Source: the human T2T-CHM13v2.0 reference genome, Homo sapiens
Direction: 5' to 3' (one strand)
Assembly: GCF_009914755.1 (NCBI RefSeq)
Contig: NC_060925.1
Length of the DNA stretch: 64,000 nt
A program made the position numbers and the translations under genes. The notes beneath the pieces are model-generated. The model searched no databases and was not told the DNA's origin. It was given only the letters and a program-made list of their open reading frames with translations. How positions within the stretch are numbered: the first letter of the stretch is position 1; each line of letters begins with the position of its first letter. This document shows, piece by piece, positions 12,306-23,888 of the stretch.

Positions 12306-12797
12306 CCTGAGGAGTCTGGGCTATGTCCTTGGCTTCCACCTATGGGCAGTGTGCTGCACTATAATAAGCACAGGCTTTGGCACCAGGCATACCTGATCCA
12401 CAGTCTGGACTATTCCACTTCTAGCTATGAAATTTGTAAAGTTTGTCTTATATTCTTGAACCTCAGTTTCTTCATCTATGAAATACATCATATTCTTTCC
12501 TAAATTTGTAATAAGCTTCATATTATTAAATGATACAACAATGCTTGCAATGCTGTAAAACCTTTATATATGTTAGTTCCTTCCTGACTTCCTTAAGAGG
12601 AGTTTCATTATTCTCTGGGGTACCATGTCTCTAAAAATCCCTGAAACCTCAAGTTTCCATGAAGGGGGGTGGCCATCGGGCAGCAGGGGGCACTGTTGCC
12701 ACTATTCCATTCTTCCTACCCACTTCTCTGCACCCCACTATCCTCACACCAAAGGAATAAAGCTTTAGTAAGCCACTGATGAAAGATGGCCAAACTC

Positions 12798-13004
12798 GGA
12801 CACAGGAAGGGGAATATCACACTCTGGGGACTGTGGTGGGGTGGGGGGAGGGGGGAGGGATAGCATTGGGAGATATACCTAATGCTAGATGACGAGTTAG
12901 TGGGTGCAGCGCACCAGCATGGCACATGTATACATATGTAACTAACCTGCACAATGTGCACATGTACCCTAAAACTTAAAGTATAATTAAAAAAAAAAAA
13001 AAAA
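12798..13004 (+). mobile_element. 5'-truncated young LINE-1 3' end (L1PA2-like)
   Basis: L1 3'UTR with G-tract. ctagatgacGAGttagtggg carries GAG, not the ACA/ACG of L1HS Ta/pre-Ta. Pure poly(A). TSD aaag(a/t)tggccaaactc at 12782-12797 and 13005-13020. Confidence 0.92.
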
Positions 13005-14154
13005 AAAGTTGGCCAAACTCAAAACCCACACTTGGTTTTAACTTACCTAAATGTGTCCCACATGCTTGCAATAATGTTAAGGGTGTATCTGGACCCTTTT
13101 ACATCTTGTACATTAATGTATAATCCTTCTCACTCCAGGGCGTTTATGAAGTGCGAGGGGGCCAAATGTTTATTCTTAGAATTATTCAACCCCAGATAAT
13201 TAATTATTCTGATGAATTGTATACTTTTTTTTCTTTTTTCTTGACCAGATTGGAAACAATGATAGACATTCAACTGAGATTTATTTGTAAAACTCTGACA
13301 GATTGGGAATGATAGAGTTCCTTAAACTGTCTCTTAAAATAAATATTTCTGATTTATCTGGCAAGTTAAAGAGGAAAAAGCAACAATCCCCAAACTGATT
13401 AGGCCAAGTAAGTTTAACTATGTTTAAAGAAAATGTGTAGGAGGTAATAATCTCTATATGCTTAGGAAAAAAACTGTTCATAACAAATCTTCATGCCTTT
13501 TTTTGTTTAAGGAATTATTTGTGCAAAGCAAAATTACTACTCCTAGTGGTAGTAATTGTTTACCTGGGGTAGGTTCTAAGGGAGAAGAAGGGTATTAATC
13601 AAATACTTTAAAAACTAATTTTCCAGAATTCTTACAATATAAAATGTCCACGGGACTACATTTATCAAGCGACATGTACATAATCAACCTGTGCCCTCTG
13701 GTTGAGCTTTTAGGCAAAACTGATGGATTCTATATTGCAGGCATGCTGTAACCTTAGTAAATAATGACACCCTTCTTTCTTTTCTAGTTTACACAGTATT
13801 TTACTAGTAATTTATACCTAACAAGAGAAATAGGAAAATATTCCCATAAAAATAACATCATATGTTTGAAGATTCAAAATGCAAACTGGAGTTTTATTAG
13901 ACTCTTCTAGCTGGCATTTTCTAATAGTAATATTTCCAGTTCTGAAGCATGAGACAGTGTTTTGATCCCATTAAAAAGGCCCTAAATGGTAAAGAGCAGA
14001 GATTCATGCGAGTGAAGGTTATCTAACCACCATGATGGAGGGGTGTATGAACGTGGTACACTCTACCTGAAGATGATGTAACACCTTGAACATAAGCTAC
14101 TGTGGAAAACTTGGTCTTCAGAAGTAGAAGGACTGAGCACACAAATCTCTTGTG

Positions 14155-14471
14155 CACTGCTGCCCAATAGAAATATAATGAAAGATCATACATATAATTT
14201 AAGATTTTCTGGTAGCAACATTAAAAGAGTAAAAAGCCACATCAAAATATTATTTAATTCAATATATCCAAAATATTACTTCAATATATCCAAAATATTA
14301 TTTCAATATATAATATATATAAAATTATTGAGATATTTTGCATTCTTTTCTTCATACTATGTCATTAAAATCTGGTGTGTATTTTATACTTTCAGAACAT
14401 CTTAAATTTAACTGGGCACATTTTAAGTGCTCAATAGCCACAGTAAATAATAGGTATAGTATTGGACAGCT
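14155..14471. mobile_element. MER33-like hAT-Charlie DNA transposon
   Basis: ctgctgcccaatagaaatataatg..aattta..ttttctggtagcaacatt ... gtgctcaatagccaca..attggacagc. Confidence 0.75.
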
Positions 14472-15624
14472 GGTGTTTAATGTATGCTTGGAGAGCCTGA
14501 TGCCACTGTGTAGCTAAATCAAATCCTGTGATTGGAGGTGGCTTGGAGTCAGTCAGAAATACTACTTATCTCTCACCCCCCTTCCCTTTGTCCCTTCTTC
14601 CTCCTTGATACTATGTAATGCATGCTAACCATGTGCCAGATACCAGACCTGTGCTGGGCTATTCAAATGTATTATCTCATCAATCCTACAAGAGTCAGGC
14701 ATCTCACCTTGTAGTTAAAGTAAAGGAAATAACTAAATGGTGGCAATATGGCATAGTACTTAGGAGTTCAGACTTGGAGGCTATTCACATGTGTTTCTGT
14801 CACTTCCTATGTACCTTGGGTAAGAATATTTCTGAACTTTAAGCTTCAATGTTATTTGTCAAATGGACACAATAAAATTACCTACCTTATACATGTTGTT
14901 CTGTGGTTTAAATGAGGCCATGTCTGCAAAGTTGTAAGCATTCATTAAATAACAATATCACTAAATGGGATATTGTGCCACACTTTGGGATTTGCAACAC
15001 GTTTTACAAATATTACTATTGCAACTGAGGCTCAAAGAAGTTAAATAATTTAGCTAAGGTTAACACAGCTAATAACTAATGATCATGTTCTCACCCAGCT
15101 TGCCTGTCTTTATAGTATTACTTGCCATCTGTTTTCAGTTACAAAATGGACCGAACTTGTACTGACTCTCTGACATAAAATGTTTAGAAAGGTTACTCGA
15201 AAGATAAATTATTGATATCTGTTTGCCTTTCTCATAGAAGCATAACTCAGGAAAAAGATGCTGGTTTTTTGTTTTTCGATAAATAGTTACTGTTTTCTAA
15301 GAAATTAGACAAGGAACATACACAGAAAAAAGAAGATTCAATTTAATTTTCTTTTTCCTTTGCTCTTTTTGACTGCTTTTACCAGAGAACAGTACCTTGT
15401 ATATGGTAGGCATTCAATTCATGCCTCTTGTGTTAAATTGAGTTTGCATTTTACCACAGGACAGAGATATTAAAGGTTATATTATTCCCTATTAGCAATG
15501 TAGTTTATAGGGACGTGTGCCTCTCGTATTTTCAGAAAAAAAAAATTGAAATTTATAGAAATTTGATAGTACTATCAAAAATACATGTAATCAGCTACAT
15601 ATACATATTATGAAAGTTTCTGTG

Positions 15625-15824
15625 GGCTGAGCACAGTGGCTCATGCCTATAATCCCAGCACTTTGGGAGGCCAAGGCGGGAGGATTACTTGAGCTGGGAG
15701 TTTGAGGGTGTAGTGAGCTATGCTCGCGCCACTGCACTCCAGCCTAGGTAATAGAGTGAGACCCTGCTGCAAAAAAAAAAAAAAAAAAAAAAAAAAAAGA
15801 AGAAGAAGGAAGGAAGGGAGGGAA
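15625..15824 (+). mobile_element. Monomeric Alu (FRAM/FAM-like) with A/GAAG tail
   Basis: Single ~145-bp arm plus tail. TSD gaaagtttctgtg at 15612-15624 and 15825-15837. Confidence 0.85.
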
Positions 15825-16899
15825 GAAAGTTTCTGTGGGTGTCAAAAAATGTTTGTTCATCCAATTAGCAAGTAAAAACAAGACAGAACAAAGGTCAGTA
15901 CTATTGGGTTGAAGAGTAGCACTTGGAGCATGCCCTCTCCGCCAGGATGGTGTACTTTTCCTTTGCTCCACAGAATTGCTTGTTCCAGTCTTAATCTTCA
16001 CAGCCTCTCCAACAGCTTTGGTCTGTTTGACTGCCTCATGCTCTTCTTTTCTCTCACTCCTTTGTCTTCCATCCATTACTATTTTGTGCCTCGCTTCTCT
16101 AAGATTCCTAGGAGAGGTCAGATGAATCTGTTAATGGTGTCCCAGGGTTAGAAGGAGCAACCCTGTCTGGCCCAGTGCTAGTTTGGGCCATGGCTAGCCT
16201 CAAATGTGTGCCCCACCTGGAACAACCACCTCAAGGAAAACCCCACTCAACTCTATTTGAATCTTGCAATACCTGCACGAGTGCTTATTACTTACTGTTT
16301 TGCCTGGCTCTGCCGTGTGATTTCCTCTTCTCCTTGGTCAATTTCCCTCAAGGACTCCTTCCACAGCCTGGCTGCAACTTACTTTTCCACCTCATTTCTC
16401 GCCAGTGTCTCAACCTTGCTGCACTACAGCCACACTGTAGGCCACTGAGCATGTGGGACACACTTCTGCTTTTGTGGCTGGCTACTAACCCTTTAGGCAT
16501 CAGCTTAGAAATCAGCCCCTCAGGGAAGTCTTTTTGATTTCTCAAGCCAGTTTAGGATTCCATATGGGTTCTGAAAACCTGACTTTTATTACTCTGGAAT
16601 TACTTGTTCACCAAGTAATTGGATTGCCAGCTAGAATGTAGGCCTAAAGGCAAGGATCCTGTCTTTTTACTTAACTTCTGCATGCCTTATGCTTAGCACA
16701 TGGTTGGCACTCAATAAATATTGACCATGGATAGAGAAAAGCAGCTAAGCAGGGCATCCTAGGAAGTTTCTCCAGGTTGGTACCCCCTTTACCCCCCTTT
16801 GCTCCAACTATAATATATAATGATACAAACATTTCTATTCATCACCGAAGCTTTCTTGGGGAGATCACTGTTTGGTTTAGAAGAAATATTTGGGTTAGC

Positions 16900-17155
16900 A
16901 AATATATGGTTAATAACATAGACTCTGACGTTAGATTTCCTGGTTTTGAATGATGGCTCTTCCACTTAATGGCTGTGAAATCTTGGGAAGTTCTAAACTT
17001 CTTTGGTCTCAGTTTTTCATGTATAAAATGCGGGTGATAATAACAGTAACCTACCTTGGAGGCTTGTTAGTAGGATTATATGACTTAATACATGTAAAGG
17101 ACTTGAGAGTTCCTGGCACATATAAACAGTTAGAAAGTGCTAAATATTATTATTA
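16900..17155 (+). mobile_element. MIR
   Basis: ctcttccactta..ggctgtga..cttggg..ctcagtttttcatgtataaaatg..ataataacagtaacctacct. Confidence 0.75.
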
Positions 17156-18144
17156 CTATTATTAAGCCATTAGGGGAGGGGGTGAATTCAAGAACAAAGT
17201 CAGTCCCCCAATTCTGCTGGTCAGAACAGTGGCCTTGATCACTGTGGGCTTTCTGTTTGCCTGAGCACTTGTATAATATTTGAGGGAAGTTGCTGAAGCC
17301 AATTGGGGAGGAGATAACTTTGACATTGGCAGGAGAGGGAGAATTCATTCACACATTCAACAAGTATTCACTGAATATCAATTTTGTGCTAGACATAAAG
17401 AGAAATAAGACAGCCACAGCCATCATGGAGGCTAACAGAAATAGAGAAAGGAGAGTGGAACTAGAGAGGCTGGGTACTAGCCGGTGGGAGGACAGAGCAC
17501 TTGTCTGTGGGAAGACAGACCAGTGGGTTTGGCACAGCAGAGGAGGATCCTGAGAACAGAAATGCTAAGACAGGATTTTAAAGCATCTGCCATAGGATGT
17601 ATCATGTAAATCCTCCACTCCACCTCTTCTATGAAATCTTCAATAAAGTTTTCATTGCTCACTGGAGAGAGCTCGAAGAAGGGAAGATAGCAGATATCTG
17701 GGTTATAGCTGCTGGGGGAAAGATGCTATAGGCAAAAAAAAAAAAACAACCCTTCCTTACTCTTGAGCGCTGCCAGTAAGGAAACATTCTAGTGCATGCA
17801 ATATTTAATGATTATAAATGATACCCCTGTGCACTGCATAATGCAAGGCTCTTTAAAATGAATATGAATTAAACAGTACCAGCAGCAATCATATTAACCA
17901 AATAGAAGAGGCGTTAGGAAACTAGGGACTCTGGGAAAAAAAGCTGGGAGTCATATATGACCACCAAGCATCCTCACTGCGGTTAATTAGTCAAACTGCA
18001 ATTCTTCAGCAATTGTAAGTTGGCAGACTTTCTTAAATGTAAATATCCCAAGGTTTAGGTGTGGGGAAGGAAGTCATTCACTGTGTATTTACTGCTCCCA
18101 TCCTTTTTTGACTTCCTGTTTTCTGCTTTTATATCATGTCACTA

Positions 18145-18456
<312 letters not shown>

Positions 18457-19168
18457 TTAAAGAAATGTGTTTGTATATATATCTTTTTTTTAAAGCAGCA
18501 GTCTAAGAAGTAATTAGCCATCAACCTAAACAGAACAAAACTATTAATTTGCCTGAATTTCCAAGAATGAGATAAATAAAACTCTGTTGAAATTTACCTA
18601 CGCAAATTGAGACTTTTGGGGGAAAGAAATAAACTAGTATTTTTCTTCGTAGATTTGTTTACTGTGTAAACCCTGCATCTTAAAACATGACTACTGATTA
18701 AATATATGGTTGTTTATTAACGTTCTCAAAGCACTATGCAAATTCACATCACCTTGGGTATATTTTGCCTCTGAAGCTATGAAGTGAATATGGAAGCATT
18801 TTGTAGTTAACAAGGCTAACGTATGTTAACTCAAATAGCTTGCTTTGAAGAAAATTTTCCTTTAAATTATTAATATTAATGAGAAAGTGAGAGCTTGGGT
18901 GGTCAAGCATGAAATATGAATGAGTAGTTTTCGTTTTTAGGCCTTATTATCCGATGTCACCTGATGTTCAAATTTAAATTTGATAATGCAGAAAATAACA
19001 ATACAATTTGCAGTGTCATGAAACAATGCAGCTTGTGCCCCAGATTTTTCGACAGCAGTACTGAAACTATGATTTTTAAGTGACATTTTCAAAAGACAAG
19101 GTCAGTGAAAAACGCTATACATTTTTTATTGGGTAGAGTCAGAAAAAGAGCTTGCCTGTCCTTTAACT

Positions 19169-19436
19169 ATTTTTTTATTTTTTTTTCGACAGGGACTTGC
19201 TTTGTCACCCAGGCTGGAGTGCAGTGGCACAAACACGGCTCACTGCAGCCTCGACGTTCTGGGCTCAAGCGATCCTCTTGAGTACAGGCACGCAAGTCAC
19301 CATCCCTGGCTAATTTTTGTAGAGACATGTTTCGCCATGCTTCCCAGGCTGGTCTGGAACTCCTCAGCTCAAGCTATCCTCCTGCCGCGGCATCCTGAAG
19401 TGTTGGGATGATAGGCATGAGCCACTGCAACCGGCC
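19169..19436 (-). mobile_element. AluJ with internal deletions
   Basis: Diverged Alu reverse complement. Confidence 0.85.
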
Positions 19437-19457
19437 ACTAATCATATATATATATGA

Positions 19458-19751
<294 letters not shown>

Positions 19752-20301
19752 CACTAATCATATTTTTAAAATAAAAACTTAAGTGAGAGGTTGTTAGAGC
19801 AAAGCAGAAACAAACCTAGTCCTCCTTAAATGGATGCAGAGCAACCAGTGAAGTCCTAACAAGCCAAGTAACACAGGAAACTTTTTACTACTTTTACTTT
19901 CTTATTAAGATGATTTTTTTTAAAGCAGAAAAAGACTTTAAAACCTTTTTTCGCTTTCCAGATCTAATAAGCCCCCCAATGGTAACCATTTCCTATTCCC
20001 AGGCAGCTAGTGAGAAACGCAAGGTACAACTACAATCACGGACTCAGGAAAATCAAGGTGGACACCAGGCGTGGGCTTCTCCCATTCTACCAACAGAAAG
20101 AGAGAAATTCAAAGAAAGAGCAATGAAAAATGCACAAGTTTTAGCCACATATTAACTGTAACTACCTCCTTAAATGCGACTGATCTAATTAGAAGCTTTT
20201 CAGCTTGTTAGTGGCCCATTTTTTCCTTTTTTTGGACAAAGAAGGGAGGAGAGGGGAGGGGAGGGAAATGGAGGCAGTGGGGTGGTGGGGGGGAGGGGCG
20301 G

Positions 20302-20353
<52 letters not shown>
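20302..20353. repeat. (GA)n microsatellite, ~1.35 kb upstream of the DMRTB1 ATG
   Basis: About 25 GA units with one interruption, preceded by a G-run-rich polypurine tract from ~20240. Confidence 0.95.
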
Positions 20354-20357
<4 letters not shown>

Positions 20358-20396
20358 TCAGGGTGTCACAAATTTGTTTTTAAAAAATGAATTAAT

Positions 20397-20709
<313 letters not shown>

Positions 20710-20829
20710 TTAATGCCCTCGGGTAAACTATGACGTTTGTGCTAACTTTTCAGATGTCCCAAGATTTGGGTTGTTTTACAAGGATAACGAAGTTCATGAT
20801 GAGGTTAAGCAATCACTGAAGCTAGTGCT

Positions 20830-20998
20830 AGAAATTTTTTTTAATTTAATTTTTTAGAAAGAGGGGTCTTGCAGAATTTTTTATTTAATTTTTTAGAAAG
20901 AGGAGTCTCGCTATGTTGCTCAGGTTGGTCTCCAACTACTGGGCTCAAGTGATCCTCACGAGTAGCTAGGGCTACAGGCACAGGACACTATGCCAGGC
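20830..20998 (-). mobile_element. Degraded Alu monomer fragment with a ~42-bp tandem duplication
   Basis: agaa(a)ttttttt..aatttttt agaaagagg(g/a)gtct(t/c)gc occurs twice, followed by tatgttgctcaggttggtctc. Confidence 0.65.
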
Positions 20999-21549
20999 TT
21001 AGTGCTACAATATTCTGTCTATTTTACTTTAAAATATTCTAAGTATGCTCACTTTGGAAGGCATCAACATCCAGAAATGCATTCCTACATCAAGACTCTC
21101 AAGAAACGGGAATTACTGTAAGGGCATACCCTTGAGCAACCATCACACTGCACTGAACTCTTGAGAATATTCTGGAATATCCTGGAAGCATCTCTGCAGG
21201 GCAGAGAAGTGAACTGCCACAGAAGGAGCAGCTTTGGGGAGAAGAAATACAGTTTGCCTCTTACAGTATTTTTCTACACCGAGAGCTACATTCCTCCCGA
21301 GTTTTAAATTTGTGGACCGTTGAATATCACTCCGCCTTTCATAAAGTTACAAATACCTTCCGTCGGTGGCGGGAACAGAGTTTGGAAAATTACATGCCTA
21401 AGACTTCAGATAAGCTAAATGACATACATGCAATAGCATCCCATGAAGAATTTATTCAACCCAATCCATTGCATCTAATTACCCAAAGCACAGAAACTCT
21501 CCAAACTGTGCACCCCCCAAAAGGAGGGAAAATGCAAGGTTCCTGCTGC

Positions 21550-22810
21550 AGTTCCCGGGACACACTGCGAGCCGCTTTGTTACAAGTGTATCCAATGTCC
21601 CCAGAACGAGGGACTTGTGGGGCGCGGCTCATCCCAGCGCCACTTGCTCTGCAGCTCCCAGAGGTGGTGGTTGTGTTACGAAGGCTGACCCTGCCAATGG
21701 CCGACAAAATGGTGCGCACCCCCAAGTGCTCGAGATGCAGGAACCATGGCTTCCTGGTGCCCGTCAAGGGACACGCGGGCAAATGCCGCTGGAAGCAGTG
21801 CCTCTGCGAGAAGTGCTACCTGATCTCCGAGCGCCAGAAGATCATGGCCGCGCAGAAGGTGCTCAAGACGCAGGCCGCCGAGGAGGAGCAGGAGGCGGCC
21901 CTGTGTGCGCAGGGGCCCAAGCAGGCCTCCGGGGCTGCGGCCGCCGCCCCCGCCCCCGTCCCCGTCCCGGCCGCGAGCCTCCGCCCGCTGTCCCCGGGGA
22001 CTCCCTCCGGAGACGCCGACCCGGGACCCGAGGGCCGCGCGGCCGCTTGCTTCTTCGAGCAGCCCCCGCGGGGCCGGAACCCCGGCCCGAGAGCCCTCCA
22101 GCCGGTTCTGGGCGGCCGCAGCCACGTGGAGCCGAGCGAGCGAGCCGCCGTGGCGATGCCCAGCCTTGCGGGACCCCCTTTTGGGGCGGAGGCCGCAGGC
22201 AGTGGCTACCCTGGCCCCCTAGACCTGCGCAGGCCGATGCGGACCGTGCCCGGCCCACTGTTCACCGACTTTGGTAAGTCGTGGCCTTGGTCCCGCGGTC
22301 GACTCCCGGAGCTGGCAGCCCAGGCCAGCCCGGATGGGGAGCTGGCATAGGGGTTCGGGGTGGAGAGAAGTTTTTCCACGGGTAACGGACCTTCCGCTTT
22401 GAGAAACCCTTCTTCGAACAGGGATTTGGATTGGGTAACTTTTCGCAAAAAGGAAACGAGAAACAGAAAGGAATGGGCGGTTCAGAGGGCTTTTAACATT
22501 TAGCTGTAGTTTGTGCCATTCCGGCATGCAAGAACAAAATGGCGTCCAGTCGACTTAGCAGTGCTTCCTCCTCCGGGGGAGGCTTCGAGGAGCCGAGTCC
22601 TACTGCTCTTGCGCACCTCTTCCCGCCATTTCCTTGGGCTGGAGGCTCCTCCTCCAGAATAACAGAATTTTCCTGCCGGCACGTTAGCGCAAGGACGCCT
22701 GCGCACTCTTCCCTCCCGGTTCGCGGTCGGGAGGCTCCTCCCCTCAGCTCCGCCCTGGCCCAGTGCGCCTGCGCACCTCTTCCCTCCGTTTCCCCACGTG
22801 CAGGTGAGGG
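21550..22810. promoter_or_regulatory. DMRTB1 CpG island (promoter, exon 1 and 5' part of intron 1)
   Basis: High GC/CpG density. CCAAT boxes at ~21462 and ~21592 and an E2F-type GGCGGGAA at 21368 lie upstream of the ATG. Confidence 0.85.
21697..22273 (+). CDS. DMRTB1: DMRTB1 coding exon 1 (DM zinc-binding domain)
   Basis: [53 protein letters not shown] is a DM domain. 577 nt, donor G|GTAAGT, phase 1. Confidence 0.97.
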
Positions 22811-23715
22811 GAGCCTGCTTCTTTACTCCACACACGAGAACAGTTGGTCAGTAAAGATGTTGCCTTTCTTTTCTCCCTTCACCTTGTACATAAATTACAT
22901 TGTTCCCTGTGCCTTGGAGCTTTTGGTATTGAAGTAGTTTCAAGTCACATGTACATTTGAAGCTTTAGAAGCCCCGGGGTTTGGTGCGGACGCGTTTTCC
23001 TGGTGTCTCCCCCGTGGTGGTGTGGTGGGACGGGCTCAGGCCGAGGCGGGGGCCCGGGTCACGCTGGACAAGCTCCTGCCCTCTGTGTGCCAGGGCACTG
23101 GTCCGGAGGCTCCCGCAGGCTCGTCCCGCCCCCCTGACTTTCCAGGAAAATCTAGGTCCCCAGGGAACGTCCCATCTGACAGGGTCACAGGCCTGAAACT
23201 GCAGATCTAGGAGAAGCCACCTTTCTTTTTTCCATCTCAACAGACAAGCAGGGCTGAGCCGAACCATGAGCCAGGCATTCGTGATGGAGGACGCGGGTCA
23301 CATTTCTTGCCCTCAAGGACCTTGTCCTTGTGGGAGGGACAGGGTTGATCAAAGAGTCACACAAATCAGTGTCCAGGGCTTGAGCCATGGCCGGGTTCAC
23401 TGTGACCCGGAGGAGGAGGAGGAGCTCGGCACTGAGGCCTCAGAGAGGCAGAGTGCGGGCTGACGGTGTGTGGGGCAGCGGGGAGGTCTGGAGGCGGCCC
23501 CGGCCCACAGCGGGCTTGATGGCCGTGCTGAGGACTTTCCAAGAGCAGTGGGGCTGGCTGGAGGATGGAGATGCAGTGAGGGCCCAGCGGAAGGAAGTGC
23601 GGGGTGGGCTTTCTGTGCTTGGACGGCAGCGCTGATGACCCCGCCGCCCTGGGCCGCCCTGCGGATGCTTTTCCCAGCGGTGTCTAACACTTCCCTCCTT
23701 GCTTGCGTTCTTTAG

Positions 23716-23888
23716 TGCGCCCTCTGAACATCAACCCGGACCGTGCACTGGGCCCTGAGTACCCTGGTGGCTCCAGCATGCACCCCTACTGCCCGTTCCC
23801 GCTGGGCTACCTGGACGCCCCTCCTGGCGTCCCCCTGCAGCAGGGCTTCCGGCATGTGTCCCGCAGCCAGTACCAAGGCGGAGGCTTG
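23716..23888 (+). CDS. DMRTB1: DMRTB1 coding exon 2
   Basis: Acceptor ttctttag|TG; (V)RPLNINPDRALGPEY..YQGGGL; donor TTG|GTGAGT; 173 nt, ends in phase 0. Confidence 0.95.

Noticed and set aside
21456-22277. Overlapping alternate-frame and antisense ORFs over DMRTB1 exon 1
   Set aside because: Expected shadows of very GC-rich coding sequence; no recognisable domains.
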